Assembly: GCA_028534125.1 (NCBI GenBank)
Contig: CM052817.1
Location: forward strand, 18,168,001 to 18,232,000
Source: Lama glama
Taxonomy: Eukaryota
DNA length: 64,000 bases
Reading direction: 5' to 3'
This document shows positions 26,294 through 39,200 of this stretch, one piece after another. Every line of letters starts with the position of its first letter. The stretch's first letter is position 1. Under the pieces are notes generated by a model. That model worked only from the letters and a program-made list of their open reading frames with translations. It ran no database searches and was not told the DNA's origin. Both the position numbers and the translations under genes were made by a program.

Positions 26294-26799
26294 AAAAAGT
26301 ACCTTCATGGGAAAGATCTGTTCAAATTGTGTATAATATATAGACAGAGAGGTATTAAGTAAGCTTATGCAGATATTTGACAGCTTATTTGAATGCATTT
26401 GATTGCATAATAGTTCCTAGAATTACAAGTTATTTTAATCTTTTTACCCTATCATCAAATGTTAAATGCGCAAATGTGTGAAGTGTTACCATTATCACTG
26501 TGCCAAACAAAGTGAGCATGCATGGCTGGATAATTTATACTTCAGTGGAATTCTTATTGAGTCTTTTAAATATCAGGGGAATTCCAAATATTTTGTAATA
26601 AAAGTTAGAATAGAATTCTAACTTTATGTTAAAAGGTAAAACTTATGTTAAAAGAAGTTGGAATTCTGTCAGTGTGATAGGTGAACTTGAATGTTTAAAA
26701 ACAGAAGATAGTATATTTCTCTCTGTATTTCTGGCATTAATATTTAAAAGCAAATATAGTTTGCTTCTCTATCTTATTAATACCTGGAAGAATCTATAA

Positions 26800-27085
26800 G
26801 TCTGTTATCCAGTATAGTAACTAATAGCTACATTTGTCTATTGAGCACTTAGAATTGGGGTGTGTTATATGTGTAAAATTACTTCAAATTTTGAAGATTT
26901 ATGTAAACGTAAAATATCTAAACTTTAAAATTTTGACTATATGTTGGAAATAATAATATCATGGACACACTGGGTTACATGGAACATAATATAAAATTAA
27001 TTTCACTTGTTTCTCTATACTTTTTAATGTGACTTCTAGAAAATTTCAAATCACATGTAGATTGCAGTTCATTTCTATTGGACAG
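26800..27085. mobile_element. MER3/MER33-like hAT remnant
   Basis: tccagtatagtaactaatagctacatttgtctattgagcactt...aaaattaatttcacttgtttc...atttctattggacag. Confidence 0.6.
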
Positions 27086-28624
27086 GACTAATCTTAGAGA
27101 CTATGGTATATTATAGGCTTTAAAAATGGGTTATTAATTCTGCAGCTCTTGGACTAGTTTGATGCCTTCAGTTCATTATAGCTACATCTTGATTTGCATT
27201 TCTTGTTAAAGTGTCTCTTATGAAGATGTAAATAATAGTACTGTTACGAGTCTCTAGTAGCCATCATTAGGAAACTTCACGAGTTTAATAGGAAACCTTC
27301 ATTAAAAATTTAAAATACTTAATTTCTTGTAATTTTTAATTGAGATACTGCTTTTTTAATTTAGAAAAATATTTAGCATTTTGAAAATGCTGGTTTAAAA
27401 CTTACTTTTTTTCTCTTTAGTCTTCTCTGTTTTTGGTCATATGAGAGCATTTATTTTTCTAATTTATTCATTCATTTAATATTGAGCTAATATTTGAGGC
27501 TCTATTTTATGTAAGATACTCGAATAGATCTTGGAATGTATCAGGAACAAAACAGACAAAGTCTCATATAAATCTTAAAGCCATTAGGCTAACATTCTGT
27601 TGGGGCTTGTGGGAAGGCAGACTAAACAAAAAACTAAGCAAAGAAGGGGGATCAGGACAGGCAGATAATGGATGGTTGTAATTTTAAATAGGATGGTCAT
27701 GGCAGGCCTCATCAAGAAGGTAACACTTAAAGTGTATACTGTATGTAGCACTTAGACAAGAGAAAAAATATTTGGCAATTTTCCAATGCTAGTCTAAAAT
27801 TGAAATTGGAGGACTAGAGGTGTTTTAGATTAGGAACAGGATGTGAAGGTTTTGCATTCTAGGTCATTGTCTTCTGGTCCAAGATCAAAAAGATTAGTCG
27901 TCAATATATGCTGAATTTGTGACCTGTTTAGATTAACTGTAATGACTTAAGTTTTCATGTTCTGTTAGTATTGAAGATATTTTGGAAAGTATAGATACTG
28001 ATTAGCGAATAATTTAAATAAGAATATTGAAAGGTTTTGTTGCCCTGAGCACAGCAGTAGGAGGCAGTGAGAATTGATATTGTTATTGCATACTTTGTGA
28101 CTGGAAATTTTATTATAGTTTCTGGTGTATATGAACTTTGTTTTCTGGTTTTACTTTTCCCCTATTTTCTTTTAAATTAAACATTTTTTTCTTCCCCTTT
28201 TCTACTTTTTCTTGCCTTTTATCCATTCTTCCCTTTTATTGATGTCATTTGGAATAGTTTTAATGTTTTTATTCTTAGCAATTGGTTTGATATATGTAAC
28301 CAACTTTAAGACCAGCTTATGTGAAAAATCTGGTTGTACCATGTTTTCAGTTTTTCTTATATTAGCTATTCTGCCTGAAAAACATCTTTGCCATCATTTG
28401 TCTGTACACCTCTCAGAGAACTTAGTTTTAACCACACAGATGTATCTGTATCAGAAACAAGAAGAAGCACTGAAAAAAGTAGGCAAAAGTAGAGTTAGAA
28501 AAAAATAGTAGAAAATACATTTGAAAATAGGATCTCTGAGTTTTGAATTATATAGAGTACTGTTTCTAAAGGAATAATTATGTGTTTTCTTTACTGAAGT
28601 TTCCTAAGTTAAAATTTCTGCTTA

Positions 28625-29178
28625 TGTTTTAGTTATCTATTGCTGTGTAACAGATTCTTCCAAACATAGTGATCATCTCCAAACGTAAGCCACTCATGGT
28701 TTTATCGTCTCACAGTTTCCATGGGTTAGAAATCCAGGTGCATCTTAGCTGGGTCTTCTGGCTCTAGACCTTTTACAAGGCTACAGTCAAGATGTCAGCC
28801 TGATTTGGGGAGGATCCACTGTAAGACCTCCTTATATAGCTGTTGGCGCCACAGGTCTTCACTGGTTGTTGATTGGAGATACCAGTTTGCTGCCACGTGG
28901 CTCTCTCTATGGAGCAGTGTGGACTTCTGTTAGTGAGTGAGAGGGAGCTGAGGGCGAGGGTTGATGGAGGGGGGAGAAAGACAAAAGCCAACAACGTGGA
29001 AGTCAAAGTCTTTTTGGAACCTCATCTTGGAGGTGATGTTCCATCACTTTTTTTGTCATTCTCTTTGTTAGAAATGGGCCACTAGGTGCAGCTGATGCTC
29101 TAGGAGAGGCAGTTACACAAGAGCATGAATAAGAGGAGGTGGGGACCATTATGGGCTATTTTAGAGGCTGCTTACTGT
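28625..29178. mobile_element. MaLR LTR (MLT1-like)
   Basis: tgttttagttatctattgctgtgtaacagatt start, ggctacagtcaagatgtcagcc motif, and ggctattttagaggctgcttac end. Confidence 0.7.
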
Positions 29179-31021
29179 GATTTGTTTCTGTGCTTTGCTA
29201 GCTAGAGATACTTGATGGGAAATTCTCAAGCCGTAGAATTATAAAGTATAAAAACAGTAAAGTTATATAACTTTCTTCAAAAGGCTTCATTTTGGAAGTG
29301 ACCCACAATAAGACTTTTCATGTTTATCTTTGTAATAGTATATGTCTAACATTTTAAAGCATGTTAAGTTTGATTAAAATGATCTATTGCATAGTGCTTT
29401 TACATGCACAAATGTACCAGTGCAACTTACTTGGCTGAAGGGTCACTTGGCATTCACTTTAAAGAACAAGCAGGGCAGAGGTAAGGTGAAGAGAGTAGGT
29501 GCTAAAGAATCCTTGCTGTTAAATTATAATTACTGAGATATTTTCCTGTATACTGAAAATTTCATAGTTTCATAGTTCAGTTAATAACATGATGCCATAA
29601 AAACAGGCTTTAATTCTTTCTGGAAATTAATAGCAATAAGCGTAAAACTAGAATAGCAAAGAATGTAAATAGTTATTCCATAGAAAAAAGGGTTAGATGG
29701 CCCAAACTGAGAATGATGGATTAATTTAGTATTGTTGCTCTGGGACTTCTCAAATTTACATTTTTGGATTTATATACTAAAATAACAACACAGTTATTTA
29801 GCATTTACTATTCCACACTGTAAGCACTTTACATGCACCATGGTATGGACTCCTTGTAGCAAATTTTTGAGCCCCCCAAAATACCGTAATTATCTTATTT
29901 GCAAATAAGGAGCTAGGCTTAGGGAGGTTAGGCAGTGTGCCCAAGGTTGCCACTTTATTAATGATGGAATAGACTTGAACCCATGTTCTTGATTTCTAGT
30001 CTGTGTTGATTTTCTATTTTAATGTATATCATTAATCTCTATCATTATGCCCTCCCTGACACAATCTATAAAAATAGCTGTATATAAGTATTATGTGTAC
30101 ATAAAAATGTTTTTACTCTATATACATGCATGCCATTATACCAGTTGTGTCTTTTTAAAGTGACCACGAAAATATACATTAAAAGTGAGATAAAATTAAA
30201 TGTAAATGGAAATTTCTCCACCTTACTTTACCAATTCAGTTGGACTAGATTGTCTGGGCAACCGAATATGGAGACCACTGCAGTAATGAATTATAAAGCA
30301 AGGTCTGTTTTCATTCACATAGGCTTCACTCCATTTTTATGAGAACTGTGAGACTTTTTCAAAAAAGCAAGTTCCAGAGACACTGATAATGTTAATATTT
30401 ATTCTTCCCTACTTTCTGCTGTTCCCTGGATACAGTTCTCTTAACTATGTAGCAGATCAGTTACTGATACTCTTACGGTGATCACTCTGGTTTTCATGAC
30501 TGAAATTAGCTATGATACTGTGATTCTTGTAAGAAATGGTATTGTAAGAATGGAGCAAAGGTCACGCTCACTTATACTAATTTAGAAAAAAAGTCAGGGA
30601 ATAACAGGCAGAAACTTTAGAAACATTTTGATAAGAGAAGAAATGATTAAAATCTACATTTTATTTCTTCCTTTGAAAAATATCTTTTTCTGTAACTTTG
30701 TCTATGATTTTTTATTTTAGCTGCAAATTCCATTGATTTTTAAATTTAATTTTTATTTGGAATGTGTCAAATTATTTATCTGTAGAGCTTGCAGAAGTAA
30801 TGGCAGAAACACTCTTCTCTTATCTAGGAGGAAGTCATCTCTTGGGATGTGTGCATAGTATTTTGATATACTACAACACATCAAATTCTGTTAAGCACGA
30901 ATATCTGTTTGTCACTTTGCTTACCTATTCTCTGTTCACTTGTTCTTAACGGCAGCTTGAGCTATTCAAAATAATACGGAGGCTGTATACGAGTTTTGGA
31001 AGCAAGGCAGAGAAAAGGTAG

Positions 31022-31077
31022 GGGCACTCTTCTACTTTGCATTTAGCTTGGGCACTCTTCTACTTTGCATTTAGCTT
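31022..31077. repeat. Perfect 2 x 28-bp tandem duplication
   Basis: gggcactcttctactttgcatttagctt at 31022-31049 and 31050-31077. Confidence 0.95.
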
Positions 31078-31209
31078 ACAGAATGAGGGAAGAAAGGCAG
31101 TGAACCCACAGGACAAAGTGGATCACTGCAGCCAAATCTTTGGGCCTCAAGGGGGAGAAGTTGATGAAAAAGAAGTTGTTCTGTTTGAAAGATTGCTCTG
31201 AGGAATAAA

Positions 31210-31345
31210 TCAAAGTATGCTCCTGGGACAAGGAGCAACTTGTTAGAAATGCGAATTCTCAGCCTTACTGAATCAGAAACTTTGGGGTAGGACCAGAAGT
31301 CTGTGTTTTAGCAAGTCCTTCCATGATTCTGATGCCCACTTTGAA
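31210..31345. mobile_element. MER5A-like remnant
   Basis: cttgttagaaatgcgaattctcag...tactgaatcagaaactttgggg...gattctgatgc. Confidence 0.6.
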
Positions 31346-32809
31346 CTTTAATAAATTTACAGTTGTTTTTGCACTGTACTTTTGTAACAGTTTTTATAAT
31401 CTTAGGCAATATATTTGGCTACTGTGATGTCTTGCAGAAGACATGATTTCCTGCCCTTGGACTTCGTGATTTCACTTTGGCCTAAGTTCCACCTTAAAAA
31501 TTTCTTAGTATGTTCTACAGGAAGTCATGGACGTGCAATTACTATAAAGCAGGGCTGTGTGTATATTTTTCTGGGGAGAGGATTCTTTGCTTTTGTTAAA
31601 AGATGGTTCTGTAGACTAGAAAGGTTAAGAACCACTGTATAAATTATTGAGACAGATTTTAAGAAAATTTCATTTTATAACTATATAAATGTAACTAGAA
31701 AATTTGTTAAGTTCTAAATTTTCTAACCTTCTTCAGCATTTATTTAGTTGTGTACTTGGGCTCTTATATCTTGCCTTGACAATTATAGTACCTAGTTACT
31801 GGACCTCCTCCTCTGTCTTAGTTTTCCTGTTCACTTACCAGCTGCTGCTGTTATCTTTCTCTTTATGATATTTGATAAGAACTAATTCTCCCAGAGTGTT
31901 TTAATTCATGTATCTCCTTCTCTTTGAAAGCAACCACCACAGAAACCAGAAGACCTTATCTTTTCTTACCATCCAGACTGTCTCACCTCTACCCCTTGAG
32001 TCTCTGATTTATTATAATGGGTTCTGTCTTCCTGATGCTTCCTTAGTCACAGGTCATTTGAACAACACCATTGGTGCTATACAGTTCAGTTACAGCTGGA
32101 CTAAATAGGCATTTGTTGTAGGAACTTAAATACCACAACAGTATCTCTGGAAAGATGGTTTCAAATGGCAAATAAATGCTCTTAAATCAGTCAGTTTATA
32201 AACAGAATGAATGATCTATGGTATGAGATCTGTCTGTAAAGAGCCAAAAACTGCTGAAGTTATTTTATGGCCTTGAAACATTCAACCCAGGACTTCTTGC
32301 CTCTTTCTGGGAGTTACCATAACCCTTGCTACAACTGGTAAATATTTTAGCCCCTTCCTCCAAATTATTTTGCTTCCCTTAGTCATGGCATCTGATAATT
32401 ATACTTTCATTTAAAAAATTGTTTCCCGTTCCTGTTCCATTAGTTTTTAATTCACCTTAACAAGAGTTTCATGTTGAATACTGTTAGAGACTGGAAGGGG
32501 TCAGAGGAGCGGGAGGGCACATCACAGCCTGCATCTGTACTCCTTCAGTTCCAGCCTAACTGTACTGCCAGTCCTGCTCCTCTCCTCCCCCTCCTTTCCT
32601 GGACATTTGCAGGATCACAGCATGGCATTGCCTTTATGTAGTTTTTATTTTTTGAGAGTTTAGCACACTTCACGTATTGTCTCATATTCTAAAAAAATCT
32701 GAGTTCAGATGGGTACAGAATCTATTTATTCCCATTTCACAAATGAATTAAATAAAACTGTACCTTTACTGTAACATTAACTCTATCTGCCTTATATTAT
32801 TATTATAGA

Positions 32810-32937
32810 TAGGATGACCATGTAATTCATCATCCAAACTGGAATACTAGTGAAAGAGGGTGCTGTTAGTAACTACACCAGCATAACAGGTGTAAATGAG
32901 GAGTGTCCCAGGCAAATGGGGCTGTACCTTTACCTTG
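32810..32937. mobile_element. MER81-like hAT-Blackjack MITE
   Basis: taggatgaccatgtaattcatcatccaaactggaatact...gtgtcccaggcaaatgggg. Confidence 0.5.
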
Positions 32938-34308
32938 CTATATGTCTTATCACAGCCTGCTTTCTATTGTACTGCTCACCTTTGTCTGTGTTTTGCTACT
33001 TTGCTAAGTTACTCAGTTGATCTAAGTTTGTGCTAAGGTTTATTCTGTCAGTAAGCTTGGTTGGATCTATTTCAGTTTAGTTTATTGTCTTAAGTCTTTC
33101 TATGCAGTATAGTTTGTTTTTTAGTAACATAACTCAGGCATTTTTCTATTCCTTTTTCTTAGAGTTAAGTGATTTTTTGTCTCTCTATTCTTTAGAAATA
33201 ATATAACTTAACAGTATTTTCCATATTAACTTAAAATAATACTCACTGACCCTTTTATTGATTTTTATAATTTTTCCAGTAGTAAGTTTCCTGGCTTTGC
33301 CTGATTTTCATATCTGAAGAATTTTGTGTAATAGTTTGATTTCCCTGTGGACCTATCTAGTGTTCGGCCTGTTAGAGTTTCTCCCAGGACTTGGTGCCGC
33401 AGTCACGAACCACGTGGTCTTCAGAAGATTGTTTTGCTCTAGAAACCTTTTGTGTGGTCTTCAGGTATTGTGCCATATCAGGGACATGTAAGGTAAATTG
33501 TTCTTATCCTCAGGTCCACCATATGTCGACTACAACATCATGGCTTATAAAGCATTTATATTGTCTCACATTATCTTCAGCCTTTTTTTTTTTTTTTTTT
33601 TTTTGAGATAGGCAAGACAGGTGGTATCCCTCTTTGTAGATGAGGAGCCTGAGGTTTAGAGAGATTGTGTTCTTAGGTCACATAGTGTATGTAAGGAGAA
33701 CTGGGTTAGAGCCCAGGATCCTAGTTCCTGTTCACTCTCCAGAAAATGTTGAGACACAGTTCCAAATTAGTTTTTCTTTTGTTGTTGTTTTTTAAAAACT
33801 TGTGATCAGCTTTGAGCTCTGGGCACTGAAAGAACCTCCCTATGTCCATTCTTGAACTGTGTTTCTGTTAATAACCTAATTTTAGTTGGAAACCTCTAGA
33901 TACTGATGTCAGCTCTTTCACTAGGACCTTAAACCTCCTCATTCCCTCTTTTTGGTTTGAATCCTATTGACTTAATGTTTTGAGTGTTACCTTAAGTTTG
34001 CCTGGAGGATCCACCTTACCTTGCCCTAAAGATTACTATTTTCACCTGTTAATTATTTCATTTAGACTTTCTGTCCTGGCCTGGCTGGGTCTGGCCTGGC
34101 TTGATATTCCTCATGACCTAGTATCGGTACTGTCAAGGGTTGATGACTTGCTTTTTACTGTTCCCTTGGCCTTTTTGTAATGTTATTGGGTCTGGGGGGT
34201 TAAAACTATAAGGCTAGTAAAGCACAACTGATAAAAAGAACATTTTAAAACTGAAGGACTATTTTACTTTCATTCTGAAAATGCTTAAAACAGTTTATCA
34301 GTTACAGT

Positions 34309-34687
34309 TGTTAAAAACCAAAATTCAACTGAGTACATTTTAAAGATCTTCTTGGCTTTGTCCAGTGATTCATGAATTGGGCAGCATCCCATTTAGTAGG
34401 TAGAAAGGAGCTCTGAGGAGCTGTACAAAATGAAAGACTTTTATAGGCAGAAAGGTGCAGAACACGGAAGCAGATTGGTTGTGTCAAGGTCAGCTTCCTT
34501 TAGGGTACATTAGGGGCCTATCAGACCGATTACCTCAGTAGTGCTGACCAGATTAATTCCTGCTTAACTGTTTTGAGATTCCATTCCTGGGAGAGGCTGA
34601 AATTAATTTAAGTATTAAGTCTTGGTTTGCTGATGTGGGGCTTAGCAAAAGTGACTCCATTATGGGCTTATTGTCTTATTTTTAACA
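34309..34687 (-). repeat. 3' LTR of the provirus
   Basis: TG...CA termini, homologous to 42334-42729, and immediately preceded on the minus strand by a polypurine tract. Confidence 0.93.
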
Positions 34688-34700
34688 ATCGCCCCCTTTT
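34688..34700 (-). promoter_or_regulatory. Polypurine tract
   Basis: Minus strand AAAAGGGGGCGAT directly before the 3' LTR. Confidence 0.8.
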
Positions 34701-34837
34701 GATCAGACTCTTGGCCTAAGAGATATGATGAAAACTTAAGGCATTAGTGCAACTGCCTGCTAATGCTCTCAAATTCTTGCAGTTTTTGCTGATCCTCTGT
34801 GTGGTATTCACAGGTCATGACATCTGGTTCATATTTT

Positions 34838-36173
34838 TTAAGTAGGCCATTCTCTTTGTTCCTTCTCTGAAGTTCCAGTCTTAACGGAGATCATTTGCTT
34901 GTTGGTTAGTGACTGCAGACATGCACTTAAAGCTTTTTTGAGAATACAGCATACCAGGGAGACTGTTATGATTGTTCCCCGAGACCTGAAACCAATTAAA
35001 TCAAATAAGTCAAAGAAAGAGCCTGCTAAAGAAGTCACTTTCTTAAGCCAAGTGGCTTATTTAGTTATCTTATGTAGCTGAGTTTCAGCTTGCCTGGAAG
35101 TGTTAATTCACGTGTAGCAGCTGGTTTTGGTCACAACACAGACACCTTCTTGCTCAGCTAGAAGATGATCAAGAGCTACCCCATTACCAAGAAGTTAAGG
35201 ATATTTGTGGGGCAACTATTGCTTTTGCAGCATATTCTGTTTTATCTTCAAGAGTTAAGGACAGGTTCCTGATCATAGCCTCATTTGTACTCAGTCCTAA
35301 CCAGGGAAGTATGAACCTGCCACAGGAAGTGAATCCTGAATCATGAGTGCCTCCTCTTAGGTCCCTTCTAACTTGATGATGTAAATTCAGGGGAGTTGAC
35401 CAATGAGGTGTCTCACTTTGATTGTGGGCAGTCAAGGGTACAGTTAGATCACCTAAGAGGCATTGCCAGCCATCTAGGCATTCATAGGTCCGAGGAGAAT
35501 GATAGCCACCACAGACAAAGATGATTCCTGTTGGGGCACAGACCACTCCCGCTGAAATGGTCCTGTTGATTGACTCATTCACAGGGATTATTGCACTTGC
35601 CAATTCAAGCCATGGGTCAGTTAGGTTTTCAGTGCATTTGGGAAGTAAATCTAGCCTGAAGGAAAAAAAGTTCTAAATTCCTTACAAAGATGCGGGTGCT
35701 GGTAAGATCCTTTTGTAATTGGGATAGGATCCAATTTATATAATCATAAGAATGGGGGGCGGTGCAAATGTACCATGGTTTGTGTAGGTATTTGTGTCTA
35801 GTTGGATAAATACAATTACAATTGGAGAAAAGTTAAAACAAAGCAGTGGATGTTCTGGCCGTAAAAGTCAGACTCTGTAAGTGACTTCTAAGGGGGTTTG
35901 ATTGTAGTTTGTTCCTCCCTTCCTTCCCCCCTGCATCCCTCCCTTCCTTCATTTTTTATAGTTTATGATGACATTGGGAATAGAAGAAAAATTTGTCACA
36001 GGGAGCACCAGGAGGTCTCTAGCATCATGGACAAATTGGAGTTTCTGATAAGAAATCCAGGAGAATGAAAGGTTACCCCTCGTAGCAGTGGCCTGGGAGA
36101 TATGGATGATGGCATTATCTTTCTAGACCAATGCCAGAGTAAAGGAAAGAAAGAGAAGAAACAGAGGCTTCAT
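34838..36173 (-). pseudogene. env: ERV env remnant (gamma-type)
   Basis: ATG at 36173 with a hydrophobic leader and an SU-like KDNAIIHISQATATRGNL. Degenerate furin site QVRR|DL (~35364-35375), fusion-peptide region GRFILPWLGL, heptad NEAMIRNLSLTL, ISD-like ALDHLLAEQEGVC, and a degenerate CX6CC (CVVTKTSCY). Contains stops, frameshifts and deletions. Confidence 0.88.
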
Positions 36174-36227
36174 GTTTAGCTAAAGTATGAGGTCTTGATC
36201 CAGTGTCTTGTGTGGAAGCATTCTGCC

Positions 36228-39200
36228 TCAATGTTGGTTACTTCTCTTCCTAGTCAGTCTGGTTTGGAGGTCTCCAGTGTTTGCACAGGACCAAATGTCA
36301 GATGTAGCCTTCTTCAGCTGTGAAATGTGTACCCAAGTTTTAATGCCTTCGAGTTTCATGTTAGTGTCAGTGGTCAGGAGCACTTGGTAAGGTCCTTCCC
36401 AGTGGGGCTCAAGGGCTATCTTGATGCCATTTCCAGAATATCTAATCACCAAACTCTAGACTGTGACCAACAGGATCCTTTGAATTGGGATCTGGGAACA
36501 GCTCTTTTAACCTGTTGATGATAGGCTTTAGCATAAGAAAGACTTACAGTGGTTGGTCATATTAGCATGTGATAACAAGGCAGAAAGTTGTATACCAGTA
36601 GCTCATGTGGAATGAGTTTGTTTCCTAAAAGGAGTACTGCAAACAGCCAGCAAGATCAAGAGGCAGTCCCTTAAGCCAAGGGAATCCAGTAGTTTCAGCA
36701 AATTTTGCAGAGTTTTTGTTAAAGCTTGTATGATTTGCCCAGTGAAGTGAGTGCCCGCATCACTGGAGATTGTGGAAGGTATACAGAAATGGGAAACAGG
36801 TTTTCTAACAGTTTCTTTGCCACTGTGATGGCATTAGCCTTGTGGCAAGGGAGGGCTTCATCCCATCCAGAGAACGTACATACAGTAACAAGAGCGTATT
36901 GCTAACCCATACCAGGTGACAGTTGAATGAAGTCCAGTTGTAGGTGCTCAAAGGGTCTAGAGGGAGAAGGTTTGAGGCCTCTGGAAACAAAAACAGTTTT
37001 CCCAGGATGTAGACTTGCCAGGTCAGACATTGGTGGTAAACAGTTTTATGGAAGTCTCCTCACTCATGTGTATTCATAATTTGAGTCATCTTAATTGCAC
37101 CACAGTGGGTAAAGGAATGCAAATACTGGAAGATGGGGTTTGCGAGGGAGCCAGGAAGAACCAAGTGGCCATCTTGTGTTTCTGTAACCCCAGCTATTCA
37201 TTTACTTTATAGCCATTATTTGCCCATCATGGCTTCTCTGATTCAGGAGCACATTGTTGCCATGTTGCAAGGACATTAGGATGACAAAGGTCTGGCAACA
37301 AAGGGGTCAGTTTTTACAGAAGCAGAACGGACTTTATCTACGTGTGCCACACCTGTACAGATTCTGTTGCTGCTGCCTGTGCACGAAAGTCACCTAGGGC
37401 GTTTCCGTGATAGTCAGGTTCAATCCTTTCAGTGAGCCTCAATTTTGATATAGTTTCAGAAGGTAGGATAACAGCAGCAAGAACGTCATTTATTTGTTGT
37501 CCATTTTTGGTTGGAATCCTAATGGATGTGAGAAAACCCCTTTGTTTCCATAACATCCCCAAATCATAGATGACCCAAAAGCACATCAGCTGTCAGTATA
37601 GATATTAACAGTCTGTCCTTCTGATAATTGGCATGCTCTGGTAAGGTCATGGGGCTCTGCTTGTTGGGCCAACTTAGCTTGTGGGAGATTTCCCCTCTCA
37701 AGTAGTTCGTCTTGAATAGTAACAACTTAGCCAGCTGGGAAATTCCCATTTTCATTTGTGTAGTATGACCCATCAACAAACAAGATTAGATCAGTATTAG
37801 TCAAAGGGGCATCTAGTAAATTGGTGTCACGAAATGGAGTGTTGTTACCTTGCGGGCGTGGATTTCGCCTTTATCAGGCAGAGGTAGTAACAAGGAACAG
37901 TTAAGAACACTGCAGTGTTCAACATACAGATTAAGGTGGTGAAAGAGCTCATAAGAAGTTAGTCTGCTTGAAGAGAATTGCTGAGTCAATTCAGAATTAA
38001 GAAGACTTTGGACAGGATGTAGAGTTTGTAAATAAACGTCATTTCCTAGGATTAAAGCTGCTGAGGCTTCTACTAAATTTGCAGCTGCAGCTATAGCCTT
38101 AAGGCAGTTGGGCTAGACACAGACAGCTGAAGCAAGTTGGATGCTGTAATAGGCCGTGGGCCTGTGTTTATTATCATGGTCTTACATGAGCATTCCCAGG
38201 GCTTGGTTACATTGTTCATGTACAAATAAGGTGAAAGGCTTTACATAGTTAGGTAGCCCTTGGGCAGGTGGTTCTTGCATCAATTGTTTTAGTCTTATAA
38301 AGGCCTACTCAGGTTTATCATCCCAGAGTAGGGGTTCAGGGACTAAATTTTAGTAAATTCACAGAGTGGGAGAGCTGATAGAGAAAAAGTAGGAACCCAT
38401 AGTCTACAACAGCCAGGCAGGCCTAGGAACCCATGAAGCTGTTGCTTAGTTGTAGGCCTACAAAATTTTTAGATTAGTTTAACTCTTTTTGGAGATAACT
38501 GGACTCTTAGTATTTAGATTATGACCTTGGTAATGAACAGGATCCCACGATAATTATAATTTTTCCTCAAAGACTGTATATTTCTGTTTTCAGTGAACTG
38601 TTACAGCAAATTAATGGAATTTTTTATGGATGCCGTTTTGCATAGCAAAGGGTTATCCACGTACTGTAGAAGGATTCATTTCCTGGTGAACTGGAGGGTA
38701 CCTTTTGGTGGAGCACTTAGGGGAAGTAAGAAAGGGCTTCAGTGAATCCTTGAGGCATGGCTGTCCAGGTATATTGTTGATTGTTCCAAGTGGAAACAAA
38801 TAGGTATTGGCTGTTGGAGCAGAGTCTACAGGGATGCTGAAGAAGGCTGAACATAGATCCATAGCAGTGAACCATTTTGAGTCAGGTAGAATTTGCGACA
38901 GAAGGTTGTTTGAGTTTGGAACAACTGGGAAATGAGGAAGAGCTGTCTTGTTAATAGCTCTTAAGCTGTGGACAAATCGCCATCCTTGCCTGTTAGGCTT
39001 CCAGACTGGCAAGATGCATGTGTTGCGGGGGCTGGTACAAGGAATGATTAACCCCTGTGTGATTAGGTCTTCTATTGGTGTGAGGCCTTATATGGCCTTG
39101 GGTCTTAGTGGATATTGAGGCAATTTAGAAAAAGGTTTAGATATATGTATATCTGAATTTTTATAGGTTCTATGCTTTTACTCTTCTAATGACAGTATTA

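Noticed and set aside
35184..35603. env ORF as a domesticated syncytin/HEMO-like gene
   Set aside because: It has no signal peptide in frame and a non-ATG start. The furin site and CX6CC are degenerate, with stops and frameshifts on both sides.
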